Positions 1 through 10,590 of a stretch of 33,062 bases of DNA are shown one piece after another. The translations under genes were made by a program, and so were the position numbers. The stretch comes from Octopus bimaculoides. Taxonomy: Eukaryota. The notes under the pieces were generated by a model that saw nothing but the letters and a program-made list of their open reading frames with translations, was not told the origin of the DNA and did no database searches. The DNA lies in NCBI RefSeq assembly GCF_001194135.2, contig NC_068994.1, forward strand, positions 21,838,504 to 21,871,565, written 5' to 3'. Numbering within the stretch: the stretch's first letter is position 1; every line of letters begins with the position of its first letter.

Positions 1-22
1 TGTGTGTGTGTGTGTGTGTGTG
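1..22. repeat. (TG)n microsatellite
   Basis: Pure TG run at the window start. Confidence 0.95.
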
Positions 23-56
23 TAGCAAAATGTGAGGTTGAAGGATCAATGTAAGT

Positions 57-570
57 TGTCAGGTGTAGCAGATAATGTTAGGAATGTAGTTTACATTGTC
101 TATTTGGTCATAGTTGCATTCACTTGTTACTGGAAGCTTGATTTGAAATATGGACAAATATGCCGCTACATAATGCAACCAACTACTTCGAGTCGGCGAA
201 GTTGTATACACAGAGAAATGTACGAAGTAAAACGAAGGAAAGAGAACATTAAAGGGACGAGACAGTACAAAGACTTATTTTGTGTCTGTGTATGCGTTCG
301 CTCATCGCTTCTGCCGCGTTGTCTCTGTACCTCAATTGCTCAGTCGGGTCTGTATCTATCTGATCTCTCTCGGCTCACTGTCGGCTCATCCTGCTGACTG
401 TTCGTGTCTGCCTACAGAACTGGTATTTATAATGGCCCATTCTAGCTGGAAAGATAGATATACCATTATAAGAGTAGCTTATATTCATTTAAGTCACTAC
501 ATTCCTATGTTAACTTCGTTTTTCATCGATACCGCTCCAACATGCCTTACATCATCTGCTACACCTGACA
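57..570. mobile_element. 514-bp non-coding element with 30-bp terminal inverted repeats (TGTCA...TGACA); MITE-like or LTR-derived
   Basis: 57-86 TGTCAGGTGTAGCAGATAATGTTAGGAATG matches the reverse complement of 541-570 at 27/30. An inner 12-bp inverted match links 79-90 and 496-507. No TSD visible. Confidence 0.6.
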
Positions 571-1326
571 AATAGGTCACTTGCTGTCCATTTGAAGTGA
601 TGTTTACGCGAGTGTAAGTGCATATTAAAGTGGGTCGGGATAGCGTGCAGTATCGGCTTGGGTACAGTATCAGTTTTGTACGGTATTGGCTTCATGAGGT
701 ATCGGCTTGGGTGCTGATTCAAGTGGTATGAAACGGTGCTGGATTGCCAAAACGTATATGGGAGTGTATATTTAAGTACGTTTGAACATGGTGCAGATAT
801 CAATTTTTATTGGAAGGAGTTGAGGAGAAAAATGTCATTCTCAGTTCATGGTATTATAGGAAGATTTCTAGAATGAGTGTGCATTGTGTGGTGGGTGCCT
901 TAAAGGAAGTGCAGAAGCCAAGTGTGTCTGGCACTGTGAGGGTGTGTAACTGCTGTGGGTAAAGAAAATACAAAGAACTGCCTGCAGAAGACATGCTGGA
1001 TGTACTGAGCCGGGTAAATTTTCTCAATGTACCTGAGCAAGTCCTTTTAGAGAAAAGAAGATAAATGGCTGAAAGCAAGAACGCAGAAAGCATAGTCTGT
1101 GTTCCTTGTTGACAATGCCAGAAGAATATGGCAGGCAGTGTTAACAGGTTAGGTCAAGTTAAACTTAGGAGCTAGTTGAATAGCAGAAGAAAAATAAGCA
1201 GTTCAGTATGAACTGTTGCTAAGTGCAGCATCCGATAGACGCGGTATCATGAATTACAGCTTAGTGATTTGACAAGATCTGGAAGTAAATCGTTGAGGCA
1301 CAAATACTAGGTTGTCTATGTGTAAT

Positions 1327-1584
1327 TGTATGTATGTATGTATGTATGCATGTATGTATGTATGTATGTATGTATGTATGTATGTATGTATGTATGTATG
1401 TATGCATGTATGTATGTATATTATGTTTGTATATATTTATGAATGTATGTATGTATGCATGTATGTATGTATGTATGTATGTATGCATGCATGCATGCAT
1501 GTATATATGTATGTATGTATGTATTATGTATGTATGTATGTATGTATGTATGTATGTATGTATGTATGTATGTATGTATGTATG
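1327..1584. repeat. Interrupted (TATG)n tetranucleotide microsatellite
   Basis: About 260 bp of TATG with TGCA/TATA interruptions. It accounts for the spurious MYVC/HTYI ORFs. Confidence 0.97.
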
Positions 1585-2550
1585 TTGCAACGTTGTTTAC
1601 GCCATAAACCAAAAGTGCAGAATAAGTTGAGTAGCCTAGGAAAACATTCATGCAAAAAGTAGGTAACGAAAACCATTGCATGGCAAAAGAATAATGGGTG
1701 ATGTGTACGCAAGCGTAATGGATAGTGCATAAGCAATTGGAGAGAATGGGATACCATTAAAACGTGCATGCATGCAAATTAAACGTCGGTTGCAAATGCA
1801 CACGAATGAGGCATTAAAGTTGAACATAATTACGTTATAAGGTTGCAAGCATGCGTGATCGACATGGAATTTGCAGAGCAAAAATTATTGTCAAAAAAAC
1901 GAAATTTAGCTGTTGTCATGTTTTCAAGTGTACAGGTGAGAAAAGACGAAAAAGTGCGTACAGTAGTAGAGGGGATATGTTGATGTTCGTTTTGGTATAC
2001 TGGAAGAGGATCATTCGTGTTCATGACAAAATTAAAGTGGATGTATGTGCAAACAAACCAAAGAAAAGAAAATGAAGCTGCAAACTGAAAAGGCATGTGA
2101 TGTACATGAATGAATGGAAAGACAAACTATCTACTATAAAAAGAGGTCGTTGCTGAGATACCGGTGCTCAAGTGGAAACGCAAAAGAATTTGTCTACGTA
2201 GTGTATATGGACGCGAAATCAAGGTTGTTTTTGCTTTTAGATTGTTTTCCACGTCGGGCTTCCATATTTTCGGCAGCGTAATCCTGATGTGAGCAAAGCT
2301 ATGAGCGAAGTAATTATTTAATTGCAGAACTTCATCGCGAATGTAAACTTGCAGTGTTTGCAAAGAAAAGATTTGCCGGAAGTTTATTGAGAAAGTTACA
2401 TTTTTTCTCTTTTTTATTTTGTCTGTGTATGTGTGAGTTTTCGCTTTTTTCCTCTTCTTGTGCTTGTTTGACGATGTGCGACGGTATATATAAGGTGTTC
2501 TTCTTAGGCTGCATATTTGTCGAAATCAGGTATCGCTTGTTGGAAATAGG

Positions 2551-5182
2551 TGTAGTGACGCCTTTATAGCAGACGACATTTCCGGAGTTTATCCACGCAT
2601 GCGCAGGGACTAGTTCCGGAAGGAATACAGGAAGAGTCTCATGCGCATGCGTGGTCATCGATATCCAAGCTTCGCGCGGATTTTCATCCTCTTTCACCCT
2701 GGCCNNNNNNNNNNNNNNNNNNNNNNNNNNNNNNNNNNNNNNNNNNNNNNNNNNNNNNNNNNNNNNNNNNNNNNNNNNNNNNNNNNNNNNNNNNNNNNNN
2801 NNNNNNNNNNNNNNNNNNNNNNNNNNNNNNNNNNNNNNNNNNNNNNNNNNNNNNNNNNNNNNNNNNNNNNNNNNNNNNNNNNNNNNNNNNNNNNNNNNNN
2901 NNNNNNNNNNNNNNNNNNNNNNNNNNNNNNNNNNNNNNNNNNNNNNNNNNNNNNNNNNNNNNNNNNNNNNNNNNNNNNNNNNNNNNNNNNNNNNNNNNNN
3001 NNNNNNNNNNNNNNNNNNNNNNNNNNNNNNNNNNNNNNNNNNNNNNNNNNNNNNNNNNNNNNNNNNNNNNNNNNNNNNNNNNNNNNNNNNNNNNNNNNNN
3101 NNNNNNNNNNNNNNNNNNNNNNNNNNNNNNNNNNNNNNNNNNNNNNNNNNNNNNNNNNNNNNNNNNNNNNNNNNNNNNNNNNNNNNNNNNNNNNNNNNNN
3201 NNNNNNNNNNNNNNNNNNNNNNNNNNNNNNNNNNNNNNNNNNNNNNNNNNNNNNNNNNNNNNNNNNNNNNNNNNNNNNNNNNNNNNNNNNNNNNNNNNNN
3301 NNNNNNNNNNNNNNNNNNNNNNNNNNNNNNNNNNNNNNNNNNNNNNNNNNNNNNNNNNNNNNGTCAATGACTTCCAGAGCCTATAACCAAAGACTTCTTT
3401 GCGGCTGAGACCTTTGTGGTTTTTCACACAAAAAACTTCACGGTTATTTCATCCAAACAACTTTTTGAGCAGTTTCCTACATGTTTCACGAGACGTCAAT
3501 TCATTCTTACACAGCATCCTCTACTTGCTGAAAATAGCAGTAAAATGCACAGTTACATTTCAGTGAGTACATAACATTTATTGATGCTAGCTTGTTCCCA
3601 GTTCAGCATTTTTCGTCACCTCTCCGTTTCTCTCGGCCGGAGAATGGAGGAGTTCTGGCTTATCTTCATTTGCACGGGATCTTTTGGTCATTTTCGCTCG
3701 CAGCTCCGAATTCATGACAGCATTTTCAAGCAATGCCACTCAACGGTATCTCTCAAATAGACGCCCTGTCACAACCACCACTGTCAACATCTTTACCAAT
3801 GCATACACCAACGCAAACACACATACAGAACACAGCTACAGCCAGTTCCAGCGCCGACGTCTTCACCACCAATGTACTGTCTACCATTGTCATCGCCAGC
3901 AACACCAACATCAACAAGCGCGGTTTTATCTCGACCCTGTAAGAGTGGCTGTTTCCACTCACGATCAACAGACCAGAACTAACCAGCTAGAATGTTCCGT
4001 ACCAGGTAACACAGGTCCCAGCATCGACGCTCAACTACAGCTCTGCTCCTTGACCACAACTTCCTGCGTATGAACAATCTATTCTCCGTGTGTAACTTTA
4101 ATATGAACTGGTTTTTCTCTACAGACACTTTTACTATGTTCTGTGTTTTCTCTCACACACACACTTGTGCACTCATATATTTTCTTTTCTTTCAGAAAAA
4201 AAACAAAAAAATCAGACCTTTACATCGCGTGATTCCAGTTTCCTGGACAGTTGTCATCACGGTTGTTTTGTCATTGTCAATTCTTTTGTACATTGCATGC
4301 ATGTATCTCACAAGTGTACATCATTTCTTTGATTTTTCTTTGTGTGTGTTTGTGCCACATCTTGTGGGTGGTTTCGGTGGCCATCTTGCCTCNNNNNNNN
4401 NNNNNNNNNNNNNNNNNNNNNNNNNNNNNNNNNNNNNNNNNNNNNNNNNNNNNNNNNNNNNNNNNNNNNNNNNNNNNNNNNNNNNNNNNNNNNNNNNNNN
4501 NNNNNNNNNNNNNNNNNNNNNNNNNNNNNNNNNNNNNNNNNNNNNNNNNNNNNNNNNNNNNNNNNNNNNNNNNNNNNNNNNNNNNNNNNNNNNNNNNNNN
4601 NNNNNNNNNNNNNNNNNNNNNNNNNNNNNNNNNNNNNNNNNNNNNNNNNNNNNNNNNNNNNNNNNNNNNNNNNNNNNNNNNNNNNNNNNNNNNNNNNNNN
4701 NNNNNNNNNNNNNNNNNNNNNNNNNNNNNNNNNNNNNNNNNNNNNNNNNNNNNNNNNNNNNNNNNNNNNNNNNNNNNNNNNNNNNNNNNNNNNNNNNNNN
4801 NNNNNNNNNNNNNNNNNNNNNNNNNNNNNNNNNNNNNNNNNNNNNNNNNNNNNNNNNNNNNNNNNNNNNNNNNNNNGTCTCATGCGCATGCGTGGTCATC
4901 GATATCCAAGCTTCGCGCGGATTTTCATTCTCTTTCACCCTGGCCGACGAAGAGCCTAGACGTCGTAGCAGCTTCTCTCCAACATTCCAACTCTGGAGCT
5001 ACACAAATAACCACGCAACTTCATTGACGGCGTCTCAGTAACCAAAGGGCGAAGTGCTGCCGAATTCTATTGTAATAAATATTGTTGTGTTGATACTTCA
5101 GAATCTGCGTTCCGTTGTTTCTTCAAGAAATTTAATGTACGGAAGCGGAGTACACCTAATGGTGTATAACCACTTCCCTACA
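2551..5182 (+). mobile_element. Small, apparently non-autonomous LTR retrotransposon (element 1; ~390-bp LTRs, partly in gaps)
   Basis: Begins TGTAG (2551) and ends CTACA (5182), with 4-bp TSD TAGG (2547-2550 / 5183-5186). 2636-2704 is repeated at 4877-4945 with 1 mismatch, read as the 5' and 3' LTRs. AATAAA lies near 5074. The internal 3900-3975 segment is homologous to the internal region of element 2. Confidence 0.75.
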
Positions 5183-6424
5183 TAGGCATGTTTAGCTCCT
5201 TTCGTTTGGAGGATAAGAAAAGGATAAGAAAACAAATTGTTTGTGTGTACAAATAGTCCGTCGTTGGGAAGTCGATGGACGTGCAAAAAGTTAATAAAAT
5301 TCATTCACTTCGAAAGTATCGTGTCGTTTCATATTTGTTTTGTTTTTGTTTTTTGTCCATCTTTCTGTCTGTTCCCTTTTTGCGGTCAGACGGCTGGACC
5401 AATGGCCACGGTGTTTTTCGGGATTACAAAGGAGGTAATCAGAAAGGTTTTTAGCGAAAAAAATGTGAAAAAGCGGATATTGAGAGTAATTGTTCAGTTT
5501 ACGGGCGTAAAAAAAGTAAACAAAATTAAGGGGGAGATAACTAATAAAAAGAAGCAAAGGGAAATACTTTTAATCATACTGCATACACAGCTGATACAGC
5601 ATCCAAACAGTAAACAAATATTTTATTCTTCTCCACTGAATTATGTCATATAAATTCGTGCAAATACGAAAGAAACAACGCCTCAGAAGTGCTGAATTGA
5701 CGGCGTAATTTGCGTTGAACGCATCAACATGTTTCCGATATTTTCTTCATGTACAATCACCTCGTGAGTGTATGCGCCACCATTTAAGATTCCAATATTA
5801 TGATATGATCGGCTGCCATCACTTACGATGTAACTCCCTAGCAGAATTGATCGTTAAATTAATGCTGTCAAAGTCTGCTCAGAACGATCAGGTACTTCCA
5901 CTAAAAAACATTTCTTAGAAACTTTTTATTCTGCCAAAGTCCCACTTCCCCTTAATTTCTATTTACTTTTTTTAAGCTCATAAACTGAACGATTACCGAT
6001 ATAAAGTTTTGTATAAATAAATCACCTTTGATTTTTTTGCCAAAATTCCGGCGTCGAGGATGACTCTGGATTCTCCCACCACGTATAGTTCGTGAATTTA
6101 GAGGGTTTAGATTTGCGATACTAGCCATTTATTTCCCATCGTAAATGGGCAGATTCCTAAAGATTCTGCTAGCGCATTCTCAGCAAACAAGGCACGGGGC
6201 CAGAATTATTTTTACCCACTCCGATGTTTACACATGGACTCCCATAATTTGAAAATTAGTGTCGACCAAACAGAAAATATCGTCTACATAAAAGTTTTGT
6301 AATCATATTGATATTATCGAACGAAATATAATTCTAACTCCGACTTAGACCCATCCTCCCCGACGACATGTCAACCTAAATTAGCTTTACGAGGAATATA
6401 CTCTAACTATCAAACAAGCAAAAA

Positions 6425-6760
6425 AAATCCTGTAGCTATCGTGCATCCAATTTATGCCCTCTTGAAGGTTTTTGCTTACGCAAAAATGTGATATATAAAT
6501 GCACTGTAATGACACCCCGAAACCACAAAGCAATGATATATATTGGAAGCACAATAGACTTTAAGTGTAGATATCGTGCACATATTAATTCTTTTATTAA
6601 CCTCAAAACTAAATTTTCGACTTCACTAGCTACGCGTATCCGTAATCTCAAAGTACAAAATATACAGTACAAACTATCCTGGTCAATAGTAACAGAAGCA
6701 CCCCACCTTACAATTCATATACACATAAATGTAAATTCTGTATTAAAGAATCATTAAATA
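6425..6760 (+). mobile_element. Penelope-like element remnant, C-terminal GIY-YIG endonuclease
   Basis: In-frame KSCSYRASNLCPLEGFCLRKNVIYKCTV...IYIGSTIDFKCRYRAHINSF...TSLA...LK...WSI. This is a CxR...CPLxGxC linker followed by a VIY/YIG nuclease motif, typical of PLE C-termini. Confidence 0.8.
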
Positions 6761-7005
6761 TTCTACGTGTGTATAATTCTTCAATGTTAAATAGGTTTTC
6801 AGGTGATATCTTCTCTTGTAGACACAGGTATTATTCGACCCTTAGACGTTTGGCTAACGCTTCATAATTCAACAATAAATTATTATTCAATTAAATCTGA
6901 ATTGTAAAAGCTTGGTTCATATCTTCTCCTCTAACCTTCCACCTCTAATATTATTAATAGCGTCGTCTTAATAGTAGTATAGTCTCCCATCCTACTACTC
7001 TCTCT

Positions 7006-7028
7006 AAAAAAAAAAAAAAAAAAAAAAA
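7006..7028 (+). repeat. Poly(A) tract (23 nt)
   Basis: Direct observation. Confidence 0.9.
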
Positions 7029-7140
7029 CGCTCCTAACACGCAGCCACCCTTTATAATGAGTGTAGCTCTTTATGAAGTCTGTCAACTTTGAATATCACC
7101 ACATCAGCATAACAAATATAAACTTATCAGTTGCGAACTT

Positions 7141-7230
7141 TCCCTGAAGAAGGAGGCGGTGGTATGAATTAATGGACTTTAAAATCTATTATATCTTTGG
7201 ACCACTATGCCCCCAGAAACAACCGTTGGA
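7141..7230 (+). ncRNA. Candidate type I hammerhead-like motif with long stem II
   Basis: CTGAAGA at 7144-7150 and GAAAC at 7216-7220, then AACC-GTT. A long pairable stem II lies between them (GGAGGCGGTGGT / ACCACTATGCCCCC, inner TAATGGA/TCTATTA). Stem I is only 3 bp (TCC/GGA). The motif lies downstream of a same-strand PLE remnant. Confidence 0.35.
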
Positions 7231-7869
7231 CCTTAAGAACTTATAACCTTTCATATGGATTTATAACATTCTACTCTGATTTTATACTCTACCCATCCTA
7301 TTTGTATATTTTTAATATCGTTTTTATTGTAAGTAGGACTATATATTTGTATAATCTTAATGTATTCTTAGTATTTAAATCGATATATTTATATATTTTA
7401 ATGTATTTTTGATGTATAGATACATATTTAGTATACGATTTTGTGCACATAATATTTTTATAACGGAATATACTCTATTATACGCGTATTGGTAACCCAT
7501 CTTTTGTTTCTCATCACTATTTTTCCTGTTTCTCCTATGGTTCAAATGTCTTGAACGCTTCGGTGTGTCCTCTATATATAGAGAAAATTTATCTCTAAAA
7601 ATAAATTATATATATATATATACAGTTCCTGTAACACTACCATGTATATGTATGCACACACACACACACATACGTATATACAACAAAATTTTGTATAGAG
7701 TTAGCCAAGGTTTCGCACCCACAAAGCTGTAGTAACGCCGTGCGCATGCGTATTCTCACGCATGCGTGGAATTAAACAAGCAAGCGTTCTCGCTTCTATT
7801 CTATCTCTTTCTTGCTGGCCAGCAATAGAGCATGGACGTGTTTAGCTGTCACTCTCCATCTTTCAGACT

Positions 7870-8639
7870 TACACTCGACAGCTCGCTTACATCTACATAC
7901 CAACGTCCTAACAACTATGCTCACACACACAGAAGCTGTAACAACAAACAAGAGCTAAAGATGTATATATTTACCACCTGAATAAATGTTGTTTAAGTTG
8001 ATAGTCTGGAGTTCAGCGTTCCGTTATATTCATTAATTTTATATAGGAAAGTCAGGTATACATCTAATGATGTATAACCAACTTTCCTATACTGGTGACC
8101 CCGACGTGATTCGAACACGCAACCCGCTGAGCTACAATACCAACCTATAACTGGTGAACCCCGACTAAAGAACAAATACGGCCATGGAGACTGAACTACG
8201 TATTACCAAAATCAACAAGCGCGGTTTTTATCTCGCCTCTGTTAGAGTGNNNNNNNNNNTACACTCGACAGCTCGCTTACATCTACATACCAACGTCCTA
8301 ACAACTATGCTCACACACACAGAAGCTGTAACAACAAACAAGAGCTAAAGATGTATATATTTACCACCTGAATAAATGTTGTTTAAGTTGATAGTCTGGA
8401 GTTCAGCGTTCCGTTATATTCATTAATTTTATATAGGAAAGTCAGGTATACATCTAATGATGTATAACCAACTTTCCTATACTGGTGACCCCGACGTGAT
8501 TCGAACACGCAACCCGCTGAGCTACAATACCAACCTATAACTGGTGAACCCCGACTAAAGAACAAATACGGCCATGGAGACTGAACTACGTATTACCAAA
8601 ATCAACAAGCGCGGTTTTTATCTCGCCTCTGTTAGAGTG
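7870..8639. repeat. 380-bp exact direct duplication across a 10-N gap; probable assembly overlap artefact
   Basis: 7870-8249 is identical to 8260-8639, separated only by N10. Confidence 0.8.
8093..8124 (+). promoter_or_regulatory. Primer-binding site complementary to the 3' end of mature tRNA-Trp (32 nt incl. CCA)
   Basis: TGGTGACCCCGACGTGATTCGAACACGCAACC is the reverse complement of GGTTGCGTGTTCGAATCACGTCGGGGTCA-CCA, the eukaryotic tRNA-Trp T-arm and acceptor 3' strand. It starts 2 nt after the LTR end. A second short copy lies at 8152-8165. Confidence 0.85.
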
Positions 8640-9767
8640 GTTGTTTCCACTCACGATAAACAGACAAGAATTACAGCCTGCGACTTTCCAATTGTGTACT
8701 TATATGTCGCATTCACACTCTCACATACACTTACATCTTTTATGCCACACTAAATGTCTCTTGTTATTCATTTCATACGGTTGTCTTTTTTATCGTCTCA
8801 TTACTGGTATTTACGAAATCTATGTTATCGTAGTGTAACATAGTTGTATATCATCTTTGATATATTATTTTGTGTTCGACCGTGAGACACGTTTTAATAA
8901 AAGGAGTCCTCTGTTTTTCCATTCGTCACCATTTCTCCTTTTTGAGTTCGCACGGTCGTTTTTTCATCTTGGGTTAAGAAAATTTTTCTTCGAGGTTTTC
9001 GCTAATGGTCGTACAGAGATTTGTCTGTCGACCGTCTGTAAAAAGCGCACCTCTTCAAACACCATCACCAAACAACCTTTTCNNNNNNNNNNNNNNNNNN
9101 NNNNNNNNNNNNNNNNNNNNNNNNNNNNNNNNNNNNNNNNNNNNNNNNNNNNNNNNNNNNNNNNNNNNNNNNNNNNNNNNNNNNNNNNNNNNNNNNNNNN
9201 NNNNNNNNNNNNNNNNNNNNNNNNNNNNNNNNNNNNNNNNNNNNNNNNTTAATCTTTCTCTTTCTTGCTGGCCAGCAATAGAGCATGGACGTGTTTAGCT
9301 GTCACTCTCCATCTTTCGGACTTACACTCGACAGCTCGCTTACATCTACATACCAACGTCCTAACAACTATGCTCACACACACAGAAGCTGTAACAACAA
9401 ACAAGAGCTAAAGATGTATATATTTACCACCTGAATAAATGTTGTTTAAGTTGATAGTCTGGAGTTCAGCGTTCCGTTATATTCATTAATTTTATATAAG
9501 AAAGTCAGGTATACATCTAATGATGTATAACCAACTTTCCTATAAAGCCAAAGCCTTGTGGACAGCTCGTCAGACTCTATATGGATACAAAGGCTTAAAA
9601 TATCTACGTCGCAATGGTCAAAATCTTTTGGCGGAAAAATTCACAAAAATCCGACCTCTATAAGAAGCAACATGGCAGTAAAATAGGATCTTTCAGTTCT
9701 TGAAAATGAAACTATGGAGGTCTGGAAACGTTGAATATAGATTTAAGAGCTTTTAGATGACTATAAG

Positions 9768-9850
9768 AAACTGATTCGGATGTATGAAAAATCTGTAATG
9801 AAATCGACAAAGCTCAAACACAGTCGTGTCTTTAATGAAACATCTATGTA
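9768..9850 (+). mobile_element. Possible Penelope-like ORF N-terminal remnant
   Basis: KLIRMYEKSVMKSTKLKHSRVFNETS resembles PLE N-termini (R..EK...K.......FN.TC). Short and degenerate. Confidence 0.3.
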
Positions 9851-10330
9851 AAATATACATACATGCATGTGTCTTTTTTATGTATAGGAATAACTACTCA
9901 ACACCGCATTTTGTGGATACATATTTTCTTTGTGGATTTACCACGTCACGATTGATTTCAAAAATACATCGCAATTGTCAAATGAACCACTTATAAATGC
10001 TGGTAATCCGTCTCTTTTATGAGATTACGCAAGATTTTATGAAACTTCAAATGAAATGTGGTCATATAACGTGAGAATATGTACAAATAAAGGGAAGTAA
10101 CTCATGTAGTGGCTTATATAATTGTTATCTCCCTTGCTTTGCTCTTTTTCCGGTGTTTGTGTATGTCATGTGTACACTCATTATTTTATGGAATTTATGA
10201 GGTACTGGTTTTTAAGTTCATAAAGTTAAATTTTTTACAGATCATATAGGTGTTATATGTATGCAGCTTTGAATTCAAACACGAGTCCTTGAGATTGTTG
10301 GGTGATTAATGGTATAAAGAATGTGTATCT

Positions 10331-10534
10331 TCTATCTTTTACTTCTTTCCGACTGTGACCATCTTGGGGCATCACCTTGAAAATTTTGTAGTCGAATGAA
10401 TCGATCACAGTACTTTTTTAAAGCCTGGTACTTATTCTATCGATCTTATGACGAACCGCTAAGTTACGGGGACGTAAACAAACCAACACTGGTTGTCAAG
10501 CGCTGATTGGGGACAAGCACACACACACACACAC

Positions 10535-10590
<56 letters not shown>

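Larger units (their letters stand above)
7728..9544 (+). mobile_element. Young TRIM-like non-autonomous LTR retrotransposon (element 2; 364-bp LTRs)
   Basis: 5' LTR 7728-8091 starts TGTAGTAACG. The visible 3' LTR (9257-9544) differs from it at only 2 positions. 4-bp TSD AAGC (7724-7727 / 9545-9548). A tRNA-Trp PBS follows the 5' LTR. No RT or integrase ORF in the sequenced interior. Confidence 0.85.

Noticed and set aside
1261-1769. Several 80-116 aa ORFs (MYVC/HTYI repeats)
   Set aside because: Translations of the (TATG)n microsatellite.
2127-2363. Minus ORF faintly like an integrase zinc-binding region (RDEVL...H...TLPKI..PDV)
   Set aside because: The HHCC ligands cannot be aligned; too weak to call by eye.
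3363-3480. Minus-strand VKFF.*KTTKVSA resembling a Gypsy RNase H start
   Set aside because: Very short, the catalytic DAS motif is absent, and it is antisense to the host element.
2641-5041. Long ORFs of 190-320 aa crossing N runs (also 8857-9298 and 25752-26361)
   Set aside because: Open only because N codons contain no stops.
7163-7200. ATGA...AAAA...GGA hairpin as a possible SECIS
   Set aside because: Spacing and the 3' GA quartet do not fit the SECIS consensus, and no UGA-readthrough ORF is evident.
8005-8025. TCTGGAGTTCAG..CCGTT resembling complementarity to the tRNA-Trp anticodon/D arm (bipartite PBS)
   Set aside because: Gapped match that is not conserved in the sister LTR at 5093-5115; may be chance.
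8093-8124. tRNA-Trp gene on the minus strand
   Set aside because: Only the 3' half is present and it includes CCA, so it is a primer-related copy, not a gene.
7870-9544. Three near-identical ~300-380-bp repeats as a tandem array or CRISPR-like locus
   Set aside because: Explained by two LTRs plus one exact duplication across a 10-N gap; there is no repeat-spacer structure.
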